A DNA stretch of 64,000 nt, taken from contig CM059432.1 of NCBI GenBank assembly GCA_030390025.1, positions 83,578,001 through 83,642,000 on the forward strand, written 5' to 3'. Position numbers and translations under genes: made by a program. The notes under the pieces are model-generated. The model had not been told where the DNA came from and made no database searches. It was given only the letters and a program-made list of their open reading frames with translations. Below, piece by piece: positions 22,156 through 34,152 of the stretch (positions are counted from its first letter, which is position 1; each line of letters starts with the position of its first letter). The stretch is from Squalus acanthias. Lineage: Eukaryota.

Positions 22156-25100
22156 TCAAGCTATCACACTCCCTATCACTCTGGTGCGCTCCATGTGCTT
22201 ATCCAATAACCGCTTGAAAGTTCCTAAAGTGTCCGACTCCACTATCACAGCAGGCAGTCCATTCCACACCCCAACCACTCTCTGAGTAAAGAATCTACCT
22301 CGGCCATCCCTTCTATATCTCCCCCCATGCACCTTATAGTTATGCCCCCTTGTAACAGCTGCCTCTACCCGAGGAAATAGTCTCTGAACATCCACTCTAT
22401 CTATCCCCCTCATCATCTTATAAACCTCTATTAAGTCGCCTCTCATCCTCCTCCGCTCTAAAGAGAAAAGCCCCAACTCCCTCAATCTTTCCTCATAAGA
22501 CCTCCCCCCCAAACCAGGCAGCATCCTGGTAAATCTCCTTTGCACTCTTTCCAATGCTTCCACGTCCTTCCTATAGTGAGGTGACCAGAACTGCACACAA
22601 TATTCCAAATGCGGTCTCACCAAGGTCCTGTACAGTTGCAGCATAACCTCACGGTTCTTAAACTCAAACCCTCTGTTAATAAACGCCAACACACCATAGG
22701 CCTTCTTTACTGCTCTATCCACTTGAGTGGCAACCTTCAGAGATCTGTGGATATGAACCCCCAGATCCCTCTGCTCCTCCACGTTCCTCAGAACCCTGCT
22801 GTTGACCCTGTAATCCTTATTCGAATTTGCCCTACCAAAATGAATCACCTCGCACTTATCAGGGTTAAATTCCATCTGCCATTTTTCGGCCCAGCTCTGC
22901 ATCCTATCAATGTCTCTTTGCAGCCTACAACTGCCCTCCACCTCATCCACTACTCCACCAATCTTGGTGTCATCAGCAAATTTACTGATCCACCCTTCAG
23001 TCCCCTCCTCCAAGTCATTGATAAAAATCACAAACAGCAGAGGACCCAGCACCGACCCCTGTGGCACACCGCTGGTAACTGGTCTCCAGTCCGAAAATGT
23101 TCCATCCACCACCACCCTCTGCCTTCTATGAGATAGAGAGGTCGCACAACACCAGGTTATAGTCCAACAGTTTTATTTGAAATCACAAGCTTTCGGAGCT
23201 ATCACTCCTTCCTCAGGTGAAGTAAATTGGATACAGAATCGCCAGAGCATATATAGATGGAAAAAAAAGCATGTGTACTTTACAATTGCAGACCAATAAA
23301 TTAAATCATCCTGACTATCTGCCGAGGTGTGATAAAGTTAATTAAGTCAGCCAGGAAGGTACCACATCAAAAGACATAGCAAGATACAACTGAGACAATG
23401 AGGTGTAGTCGCAGGGGTTCCAACGTGTCAAAAGCTGCCGTCTGTATGTAAAACGAAAAGCTTTAAAAAAAAAAAATTTACTTTTTTACTGGGAAAATTT
23501 TTACTTTTTTACTGGGAATCACATCTGTGAACAAGCTAACGACGACTCGAGTCCGGATCACGTCATGTATCGTGACATAAACCCAAGATCCCGATTGAGA
23601 CCGTCTTCATGAGTTCGGAACTTGGCTATCAGTTTCTGCTCGATGATTTTGCGTTGTCGTGTGTTTCTAAGGTTGCCTTGGAGAACGCTTACCCGCAGAT
23701 CCGAGGCTGAATGTCCTTGACTGCTGAAGTGTTCCCCGACTGGGAGGTAACAATCCTGCCTGGCGATTGTTGCGCGGTGCTCGTTCATACGTTGTCTCAG
23801 TGTCTGCATGGTCTCGCCGATGTACCATGAGATAGCCAGTTACTTATCCAATCGGCCAAATTTCCCTCTATCCCACAACTCCTTACTTTCTTCATGAGAC
23901 GACCATGGGGAACCTTATCAAACGCCTTACTAAAATCCATGTATACGACATCAACTGCTCTACCTTCATCTACACACTTAGTTACCTCCTCAAAGAATTC
24001 AATCAAATTTGTTAGGCAAGACTTACCCTTCACGAATCCGTGTTGACTATCCCTGATTAAGTTGCCCCTTTCCAAATGGTCATAAATCCTATCCCTCAGG
24101 ACCTTTTCCATTATCTTACCAACCACCGAAGTAAGACTAACCGGCCTATAATTACCAGGGTCATTCCTATTTCCTTTCTTGAAGAGAGGAACAACATTCG
24201 CCACTCTCCAGTCCTCTGGCACCATCCCCGTGGACAGTGAGGACCCAAAGATCAAAGCCAGAGGCTCTGCAATCTCCTCCCTTGCCTCCCAAAGAATCCT
24301 AGGATATATCCCATCTGGCCCAGGGAACTTATCGACCCTCAGGTTCTTCAAAATTGCTAAAACATCTTCCCTCAGAACATCTACCACCTCCAGCCTATCC
24401 ACCTTTATCACACTCTCATCCTCAAGAACATGGCCCCTCTCCTCGGTGAACACTGACGAAAAGTATTCATTCATCACCTCTCCTATCTCTTCTGACTCCA
24501 TGCACAAGTTCCCACTACTGTCCTTGACCGGCCCTACCCTCACCCTGGTCATTCTTTTATTTCTCACATAAGAGTAAAAAGCCTTGGGGTTTTTCTTGAT
24601 CCGACCCGCCAAGGACTTCTCATGCCCCCTCCTAGCTCTCCTAAGCTCTTTTTTTAGCTCATTCCTTGCTACCTTGTACCCCTCAATCGACCCAACTGAA
24701 CCTTGTTTTCTCATCCTTACATACGCTTCCTTTTTCCTCTTGACTAGACATTCAACCTCTTTTGTGAACCATGGTTCTCTCACTCGGCCATTTCCTCCCT
24801 GCCTGACAGGGACATACCTATCAAGGACACGCAGTAATTGCTCCATGAAAAAGCTCCACTTTTCGTTTGTGCCTTTCCCTGATAGTTTCTGTTCCCATCT
24901 TATACTCCCTAATTCTTGCCTAATCGCATCATAATTACCCCTCCCCCAATTATAAACCCTGCCCTGCCGTATGGCCCTATCCCTCTCCATTGCAATAGTG
25001 AAAGTTACCGAATTGTGGTCACTATCTCCAAAGTGCTCTCCCACATACAAATCAAACACTTGGCCCGGTTCATTACCCAGTACCAAATCCAACGTGGCCC

Positions 25101-26679
25101 CACCTCTTGTTGGCCTATCCACATATTGTGTCAGGAAACCCTCCTGCACACACTGTGCAAAAACTATCCCATCCGAACTGTTTGACCTATAAAGGTTCCA
25201 ATCAATATTTGGAAAGTTGAAGTCACCCATGACAACTATTCTGTGACCTCCACACCTATTCATAATCTGCTTTGCAATTTCTTCCTCCACATCTTTATTA
25301 CTATTTGGGGGCCTGTAGAAAACTCCTAACAACGTGACCGCTCCTTTCCTATTTCTAACTTCAGCCCATATTACCTCAGACGGCAGATCCCCCTCGAACT
25401 GCCTTTCTGCCGCTGTTAAACTATCCTTGATTAACAATGCTACTCCTCCACCTTTCTTACCAACTTCCCTACTCTTACTGAAACATCTATACCCCGGAAC
25501 TTCCAACAACCATTCCTGTCCCTGTTCTAACCATGTCTCCGTAATGGCCACCACATCGTAGTCCCAAGTACCAATCCACGCTCCAAGTTCTCCTACCTTA
25601 TTCCGGATGCTCCTTGCATTGAAGTAGACACACTTCAAGCCATCTTCCTGTCTGCCGGTACATTCCTGCGACCTTGATACCCTCCTCAGTACCTCCGTAC
25701 ACTCACCACTGGCTCGTGGACTACAGCCCTTTTTCCCATCCCCCTGACAAATTAGTTTAAACCCCCCCCGAAGAGCCGTAGCAAATTTCCCTCCCAGGAT
25801 ATTGGTGCCCCTCTGGTTCAGGTGCAAACCGTCCTGTTTGTACAGGTCCCACCTTCCCCAGAATGTGCTCCAATTATCCACATAACTGAAACCCTCCCCG
25901 CTACACCATCCCTGCAGCCACGTGTTTATCTGCACTCTCTCCCTGTTCCTCAACTCGCTAGCACGTGGCACCGGCAACAAACCAGAAATTACAACATGGT
26001 TTGTACTGGCTCTCAGCTTCCAACCTAGCTCCCTAAATTCCTGTTTTAAATCCCCGTCCCTTCTCCTACCTATGTCGTTGGTACCGATGTGTACCACGAC
26101 TTGTGATTGTTCCCCTTCCCCTTTGAGGATTCTGAAAACACGGTCCGAGACGTCACGGACCCTGGCACCCGGGAGGCAACATACCATCCGTGAGTCTCTT
26201 TTGCTGCCACAGAACCTCCTATCTGTCCCTCTGACTATTGAGTCCCCAATAACTATTGCTCTCCTGCTCTCCCCCCTTCCCTTCTGAGCCACAGGGACGG
26301 ACCCAGCGCCGGAGATCCGGTCACCGTGGCTTACCACTGGTAAGTCGTCCCCCTCAACAGTATTCAAAGCGGTATACCTGTTACTGAGGGGAATGACCAC
26401 AGAGGATCCCTGCACTGACTGCTTCCTCCTAGCCCCTCTCACCGTCACCCATCTATCTTCATGCTTTGGAGTAATTACATCCCTGAAGCTTCTATCTATG
26501 ACCTGCTCTGCCTCCCGAATGATCCGAAGTTCATCCAGCTCCAGCTCCAGTTCCCTAACACGGTTTTCGAGGAGCTGGAGATGGGTGCACTTCCCACAGG
26601 TGTAATCAGCAGGGACACCTACGGCGTCCCTCACCTCAAACATTCTGCAGGAGGAACATTTCACTGCCTCCCCTGCCAT
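22156..26679 (-). CDS. CR1 ORF1-ORF2 in a single frame (CxxC zinc finger, leucine zipper, SGNH esterase, APE endonuclease, RT), interrupted by a Penelope insertion
   Basis: The 960-aa and 319-aa ORFs join in frame (..SNWLSH|RRQRVVVDG..) once 23137-23826 and one ATGAGATAG copy are removed: 2853+972 nt = 1274 aa plus stop. Confidence 0.9.
23137..23826 (-). mobile_element. 5'-truncated Penelope-like element (GIY-YIG C-terminus plus 3' end)
   Basis: YIGETMQTLRQRMNEH..VGEHF..RKIIEQKLIAKF..GLNRD; AATAAA at 23172-23177; 9-bp duplication ATGAGATAG (23128-23136, 23827-23835). Confidence 0.92.
23183..23220 (-). ncRNA. Minimal type I hammerhead ribozyme
   Basis: UCAC-CUGAGGA-A-GGAG-UGAUAG-CUCC-GAAAGCUU-GUGA: stem I UCAC/GUGA, CUGANGA and GAAA cores, stem II GGAG/CUCC, palindromic AAGCUU in place of stem III. 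Confidence 0.8.
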
Positions 26680-26875
26680 CCCCTCCAGCTAACTTGCAGA
26701 TTAAACTAGAACAAAAAAGAGCTTACCTGATAGTCACTCACCTCCTTTAGGTTACAGGAGGAGGAAGGGTGGGGGACACTACAAGTGTAGTGTCTCGGGT
26801 TTAGGAACCGCCCAACTTATATACAGGTAAAAATTAATCACCTACCCAGCAACCACTGCGTCCCACACTTTAAAA

Positions 26876-27402
26876 GCCTCTGTGGGCCTACCTGGTCGCC
26901 GCCGCCTCTTGAGTCCTCCGCCTCGCCGCAGCCGCTCCACCGCCTCTGTGGGCCTACCTGGTCGCCGCCGCCTCTTTAGTCCTCCGCCTCGCCGCAGCCG
27001 CTCCACCCCGGTCCGCCGCCTCTGTGGGCCTACCTGGTCGCCGCCGCCTCTTTAGTCCTCCGCCTCGCCGCAGCCGCTCCACCCAGGTCCGCCGCCTCTG
27101 TGGGCCTACCTGGTCGCCGCCGCCTCTTTAGTCCTCCGCCTCGCCGCAGCCGCTCCACCCAGGTCCGCCGCCTCTGTGGGCCTACCTGGTCGCCGCCGCC
27201 TCTTTAGTCCTCCGCCTCGCCGCAGCCGCTCCACCCAGGTCCGCCGCCTCTGTGGGCCTACCTGGTCGCCGCCGCCTCTTTAGTCCTCCGCCTCGCCGCA
27301 GCCGCTCCACCCCGGTCCGCCGCCTCTGTGGGCCTACCTGGTCGCCGCCGCCTCTTTAGTCCTCCGCCTCGCCGCAGCCGCTCCACCCAGGTCCGCCGCC
27401 GC
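26876..27402 (-). repeat. GC-rich 76-bp tandem array (7 units) in the CR1 5'UTR
   Basis: TGTGGGCC recurs at 26881, 26947, 27023, 27099, 27175, 27251 and 27327 (one 66-bp spacing, then 76 bp). Confidence 0.97.
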
Positions 27403-27404
27403 TG

Positions 27405-27545
27405 TGAATATATCACAGGACATGACACGTTATCATGTAATAGTGAATATATCACAGAGAAAGATGCACAATCATGCAATAGTGAATATATTACAGGACA
27501 TAATGCACAATTGTGTAACAGTGAATATATCACAGGGCATGATGA
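27405..27545. repeat. Degenerate ~39-bp minisatellite, right part
   Basis: GTGAATATAT(C/T)ACAG recurs four times at 39-bp spacing. Confidence 0.8.
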
Positions 27546-27639
27546 TAATGACAAAACTTATTATATCAGTAGAGCTGAGCCAGACTGATGATGGAATGAG
27601 ATTGTAGCACAATGAGAACTATTTTTTCTTATTTAAGGG

Positions 27640-29050
27640 AATTAGTACTGAGGGAGTTAGAGTTAGAGATTTGAATGGAGGAGTTTATCTATAAAGGATC
27701 GAGGAGGCACATGTATCTTAACTGGGAGGATAAATAATTGGAAAAGATATAAACTAAGGAAATGGAGGGGCGGGGTGCAAATAATAGGTCAAACTAAATA
27801 ATAGGAAGGTGTCCTGTGAATACATTAAGGAGGACCAGGAATGATCTAAAATGTATTTACATGGAACATAAGAAATAACATGGATGAGTTAAAAATGATA
27901 GTAGATAGAAATTTATTAGGTGTCGCAGGAGTTTCTGAAACATGACTTAAGGCAAAAAATTGAATGGGGAATAAATCTACAGAACTATGCATACTTCAGT
28001 AAGGATAGAGAAGGAAAGGAAGGGGTTGGGCTGGCACTGCTTATCAGGAAAGGTTTATATTTTGTTGAGAGGCAGGGACTAGAAATTGGTCCCGTCTCTT
28101 TGAAAAATATAAAGGCGGAAAAAGGTAAGAAGTTAATGGTAGGAGTATATATGAAAGGAGTGAAATGGGAGGAACTATTTAAAAGGATGAATGTGGAGTA
28201 CTTTAAAAGGGTATTTTTTACATTGCAGAGGCATTCTATACCAGAAAAGCTCAAGGACAAAATTGGAGAGTTAAGCTGACATGGGTGAACAGGGAAGTGA
28301 TGGAACGTATTAGGGAGAAAGAAAGGATGCATAAAATTCTGAAAGGTACAGGGCAGGAACAGCATAAGAAGAACTATAAAATGTAATGGAGGAATACTAA
28401 GAATTTGTTAAGAAATGCAATAATAGAACATGGGAGGAATATAGGAGAAAATAAAGAGGACAATAAGAAAGCATTCTTTAACTATATCAGGACCAAGAGA
28501 AGGATACCGAGGGACAGTGAACCATTTATGAGTCACATTCAGGTGGTGGCGTCTGAGGACAGTGGAGTGATGGAATCATTAAATCATTGTGTTGTGACTG
28601 CTTTTATCACTGAAAGTGCTCTGATTTCTAGGCCAGTGTTTTTGGAGGAAGTCCCATAGAGGGCTATGAGGTTCATTCTTGAATTTAGCAAGCTAAATTA
28701 TGAGGAAGAGACGACTGGGGGGAACTTGATAAAGGTGTTTAAGAATTTTATAGGTATGGAGAAATTAGAAAATTCTTCTGTTGGCTACAAGATTCAAAGG
28801 CATGGGGATGTAGTTTAAAGTTAAAGGTATAAAAAGAAAATAGGAAATTTAGGCAATGCTTTTTAGTAAGAAGGCTATAGAATAGTGTGGTTAAACAGAA
28901 AATCATGGCAGGTTTTAAAAAGGATTGAATGAATTCCTGTTGGGATGGTGGATACAGGGATATTATTTATGGTAAGAAAACTAATGGGAGCCTTGGAAGG
29001 GTTGAGTAGATAGATCAATGGTCTTACCCTGCCTAAAACATTACTATGTT
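27640..29050 (+). mobile_element. Highly decayed, internally deleted CR1
   Basis: EN remnants (LKCIY..IRNNMDEL; FSKDREGKEGVGLALLI), NKKAFFNYIRTKR, and an RT C-terminus/3'UTR-like end. Confidence 0.7.
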
Positions 29051-30669
29051 ACTAAATAGCACGGTTTGGCAGACAGTGATGTAACAGTGAATGTATCACA
29101 CAACATGATGCGCAATGACACAACATTGAATATGGTGGAGTTTTTAAAAGACATTTTTGGGATATGATTCTATACACTGTTTAGAAAATGAATATCTTAT
29201 TTTTGGGATTGTGATTAAATATTGGATTTGTAACTATTCTCTGCAGATTCTAAGACGAAAAGACTTCTGTCCGATAATCAGTCAGCTTCACATCAAGAAG
29301 CATTAGTGCTATCTGGCTTTGGTACTTTGCTATAGATGCAAATAACTGGGTTTTCTTTATTATGTGTTAGGGAAATGAAATTAAAACACAACCTTAACTG
29401 AGCCCATCAGCATTTTCCCTGACAACTTCCATCACACAGAATATCTACGGAGTAATTGGACTTGAGCTGCTGATTGTGTTTATGTGTATAAGTGGTCTGT
29501 GCAAACTATGATGTGTATATGATGATTAGGTAGTGCAGTGGATTAGAATACTGTTCACCTCTGGGACTTTAAATCCAGTTCAACCAGATGGATGAAGGTC
29601 TTCTCTCTCCCTCTCTCTAATGGCTATTAAGGATTCCAAATTAAATTAGTCCTAGCAGTTTCAGCATAATCACAATGGATATGAATCCACAGTAATTAAA
29701 TTACCCCAAGAATTTGGCACAAAAATTGCCATTAATTGAGAAACTGTAGGCGAGGTAAAAAATGGAAAAGAAAGTCACGCTACTGCTGTTAGCGGCTCTT
29801 CAGATGTCAGTGTTGAGGTGAATTTTCAGAGAAATTGAAGGCCAGCATTGGACCTGGTTTACAATATATTTGACCATGGATTCCTTTCTGCTGTTCCTAG
29901 GTGTAAAGTAGGATACTCCATATGGCTATCCCTTCCCTTGAAGCTGTTGCTGAAATCAATGGTAGTAAGGAATATGTATAAGATTATCTTGTCTAGAAAC
30001 AGATCAAGGAAGAGGCAACAGCAAGCAAAGAACAACAGACAGATTTCTTCCTTTCCTTCTTATTTCCAAAATATCATTAGTTCTCGTTCAGTGCGTGTTA
30101 ATCCACTTTGTGCTGTCCATTTTGAGAAATGTTAACATTCGCAATGGTTTAATAACAAATACATTTTAATACTCAAATCAATCAGCACATGTTTCTGAAT
30201 AGGTTGGGTTCAGGAATTGAAAAAGAGTGGAGCTGAAGAAATGTAGCTTTAAGCCTAATCTTAGTAGCACTTAGATTGTTGTACACATTTAAGGTAATTT
30301 GACAATCTCAGGATTTTCATATCTGCTTTATTATCTTAAAAATAAAGGCAAGTGAACAATAAAATATCACTTACAAGCACAGTTGTCTAACTTAAATAAA
30401 TCTGACTCCAGTATTCAAAATTTCATCTCTAAATCAAACCCCTTATTTTTCATGCAGTTATGCTCCTAATCATTACCTCTCATCATCATCATTAGGAAGG
30501 CTTTTTGCTTCAGCAATAATTAAATCAAATATGTTTTAAGCATACATTCAATAAGCTTAAATCCCAAAGGAAGACTTTATGTCAACCTCATATCTTCTTA
30601 TTTTTAAATAAACAATGGAAGTCATTAGACATCTCTACTATTGAATTTGTTCTTTTCTGCAGCTCTATT

Positions 30670-31010
30670 GCATAGAGTTACAGAGAATGTATAGCACAGA
30701 AACAGACCATTGGCCCAACTGGTCCATGCCGGGTTCAATGTACCATGTTACTCTTTTTTTGATGTGTGGTTCCTTTAACTGGCTGCGCAGTCCAGTCAAA
30801 GTTTCGCGCATGCGTGGTTTCTCCCATATAAAAGCAGGTGAGCGGCCTGCGTGGGACCTCCAGACCGCTACACAGCCACTTAGCGGGATCGTTGCCGGGG
30901 TTTATGCTCCACACGAGTCTCCTCCCACCCCTTTTCATCTAACTCTAACAGCATAACCTTTTATTCCTTTCTCCCTCATGTGTTTATCTAGCTTCTCCTT
31001 AAATGCATCT
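30670..31010 (-). mobile_element. CR1 3' terminal fragment interrupted by a MITE
   Basis: ACAGAAACAGACCATTGGCCC 3'UTR plus CTTCTCCTTAAATGCATCTA ORF2 end. Confidence 0.7.
30736..30894. mobile_element. Small MITE, possibly hAT-type
   Basis: Ends CAATGTACC / GGGATCGTTG. Flanking 8-mers GCCGGGTT / CCGGGGTT match 6/8. It splits the CR1 tail. Confidence 0.5.
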
Positions 31011-33494
31011 AGTCTCCTTTATTTAGCATTAAACTTTCTTTTCTGGTGCCAGGGAACAGACTGCTGTTATTTTGGTGCTTGTGCACATAACAACAGTCAC
31101 TGTACCTCAAAAGAAATTCAGTGTGTAATGTGCTGAAATATTTTGATGTGATAAAGCACTATATTTATTATTATTACTCTTTTTGACTAGATTCCAAGCA
31201 TTGTGCTTGTATTTAGCTTGACTACCAATTACCATTTTTATTATGTATTGATAATTTCAAGAAGACCTATTTTCCCATTCTTGTGAGGCTACTTGTTTCC
31301 GGCAAACGATCTCTTCTTTGCCATGCTCATTTCCATGTCTGTCAGCAGCAAACTAAACAAGACCATTTGAGGTATTTTGGTACAAAGTACCCCACAATTT
31401 ACCCTAATCTTTGACAAATTCCACCTCCAGAAATTCTCCAGAACCAAGCAGCCTCAAGTTAGGTGAATGAATGAGCTTGTATTATATAAGATCTTTATTG
31501 CATTTATATGTGAGCACAATTGACTTCCCCTTTATCACAAGCCAGCATTCATCCTCTGTCATAAATTCTATGTGTTGTAATTCTATGCGATTCTGCGTCA
31601 ACTACATCTAGTACAGTGTTTCACCTATAGCACATTAAACTGGTCCAAGCACACCCACCATTCCAACAAGTGCATTCTTCCTACATATTAACAATTCCAC
31701 GTGAAGTAATCTGTTCAGGCCAGACATAAACTGTCGAAATTGGTCATGCTAGTTTCGAAGATGGGCCCAATTTCTGTACATTGTCTAAACATGGTCAGCA
31801 ATTTAGCTGTGCTTCAATTATCAACTTTATTTCATTTTGTTTCCATACTTTATTCCATGTGGGTCTCTATGAATAACAAGTATCCAACTCTCCTGCTACG
31901 GCAGTGCTTTTAAAAATATTCCCAAAATGGGCGTGAAGTCAGCAGAGCAGTCACTTTGCCCATCCAAAGCCAGTATCAGGAGGCCTGAACCATATTCAAG
32001 TTCGGGCCTTAATTGAATGCATCCAGTGAGCTGCAGGACGGAACGGGCGCTCTGCTGCAGCTCGCTGATTGTGGGAGGGTGGATAATCGACTGGCTCCTA
32101 TGAATTTAGTAACTCTACATTTGACTATACTTGTGGGATTAGTCATTCACAACAGAGTCACTAGACAATGTTTTTGAGCTTTCATCTTGCATTATAAATA
32201 TTTTTCATTATTCTTCAGCTAGAATTTTTTTTTTATTCATGATGACACCATGAATTTTTTTCAGTTGTGGTTGTCACTCAAATCCAAGTCAGTGGATAAG
32301 GTTTTACATCTCAGAGGAAACTGATGCTCCAGTTTTCTCATTCTGTGGTAAATTCTTTATTGGAGTCCCAAAGGCACACTGGATAGCACTGAGAATTTAA
32401 TTGTCCTACTGCCAGCACAAAAATACACAGGGACTACAGGAATGAAATGCAAATTGAAGTGTTTTTTTTATAGTATTTTAGCTTTCTGTGATAGTCTTAA
32501 ATATTCTTGCTATTTACAACATGTGATGCTTTAAGTAACTTGAATACCAAAAACTTTAAAAATACTTAAGAACATACCAAACACTGGATTCTTAAAATAC
32601 AACTGGCATTCACATAAGCACTTTCTTAAATATTTTCTTGATTGTATCCATCTATTTTAGGGAGAACTACAGAAGGTTGTGCGTAATATTTCAATCAAAC
32701 CACCTGACATATTAAAGTAACCCACCCGGTAAGCAAATCCTTGCAGTGATTTGGCTGTTTCAGGTAACACTTCAACAATGTAATGTATAATTTGTGTAAA
32801 AAGAATTATAAAAGTGCACAAAGCACAGTGTTTGCAGTATATTTGGATATTCAATTGGTTGACCAACCAATGACTATCTTCCTTGGAGGGGAGGTAAGCA
32901 GGGTCTCTTTTGGGTCAGTTGGCTTCAAGGTGATGTGCCTGGTGATGGGAAATTGGAACTGAGCCAATCTTATGTGGCAGATTCAGTAAACCTACACTTG
33001 AGCCAGACAGTTCCATAGTACTCCAGGGTACTATTGATGATTGACCAGTCAGCCTGCATTATTGATGGGACCCGGAGGGGTAGACCTGTCACTCAGGCCT
33101 GAAATTCTTTCCACTCACCATCAGAGAACTCTGTAAGCCAGTGCATTAGGAAATAAGGTGTTGCTAGCTGGACAAGTAACAGGAAACTTACCAGTGTCTT
33201 GGTATTGGTAAGCTGCAAGGTTTTTGCTGGTTAAACTGTAGCAGTACACCTGCACACACCTGGGAATCCCTATCACTTAGCTCTTTGCATATGCAGAGGG
33301 CCTAATGCTTGTTTCAGGCATGGGCACTGAATGCCGATATTTTGACCTTTACCAATATGGTGGGCGGCACACTTCCAGCTCGTAATGAGCATGCGTGTCC
33401 TGCCCGCCATATTGGAGGTTTAGGAGGTCATTCAGCACTCAAAGAATGGGCCAATGTGTGTCTTTATTGGCACTCCATCTTAGATAAACAGAAA

Positions 33495-34152
33495 CAGTGG
33501 TTAAGAAGACATACGGGATATTTGCCTTTATTAGCCGAGGCATAGAATATAAGAACAGGGAGGTTATGCTTGAACTGTATAAAACGCTAGTTAAGCCGCA
33601 GCTAGAGTACTGCATGCAGTTCTGGTCACCACATTACAGGAAAGATGTGATTGCACTAGAGAGGGTACAGAGGAGATTTACGAGGGTGTTGCCAGGACTG
33701 GAGAATTTTAGCTATGAGGAAAGATTGGAGAGGCTGGGATTGTTTTCTTTGGAACAGAGGAGGCTGAGGGGAGACCTAATTGAGGTGTATAACATTATGA
33801 GGTGCCTAGATAGAGTGGATAGGAAGGACCTATTTCCCTTAGCAGAAGGGTCAATAACCAGGGGCCATAGATTTAAAGTAATTGGTAGGAGGTTTAGAGG
33901 GAATTTGAGGAGAAATTATTTCACCCAGAGGGTGGTGGGGGTTTGGAACTCACTGCCTGAAAGGGTGGTAGAGGCAGATACCCTAATCACATTTAAAAAG
34001 TACTTGGATATGCACTTGAAGTGCCGTAACCTACAAGGCTACGGACCAAGTGCTGGAAAGTGGGATTAGGGTGGATAGCTCTTTGTTGGCCGGCACGGAC
34101 AAGATGGGCCGAATGGCCTCCTTCTGTGCTGTAAACTTCAATGATTCTTCTA
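33495..34152 (+). mobile_element. 5'-truncated CR1 (RT C-terminus plus 3'UTR)
   Basis: 190-aa ORF with KPQLEYCMQFWSP, RRLRGDLIEVY, VWNSLP; TCTATGA-type tail. Confidence 0.93.

Larger units (their letters stand above)
22081..27404 (-). mobile_element. Full-length young CR1 LINE with a tandem-repeat 5'UTR
   Basis: 5'UTR array, complete ORF1+ORF2 and short 3'UTR. TGAATATA on both sides (22073-22080, 27405-27412) is a possible TSD but is also part of the host minisatellite. Confidence 0.95.

Noticed and set aside
24179..26709. Plus-strand ORFs opposite the CR1 polyprotein
   Set aside because: Antisense shadows of the coding strand; similar shadows occur over the other CR1 copies.
26876..27402. 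CRISPR-like array
   Set aside because: Contiguous near-identical units with no unique spacers; eukaryotic LINE context.
29247..29321. Possible 75-nt host exon (TTCTCTGCAG acceptor; DSKTKRLLSDNQ..)
   Set aside because: Weak donor (GTACTT), unrecognised peptide and no partner exons; cannot be supported without transcripts.
29520..29870. Possible ancient tRNA-derived SINE
   Set aside because: Too decayed to delimit or name from sequence alone.
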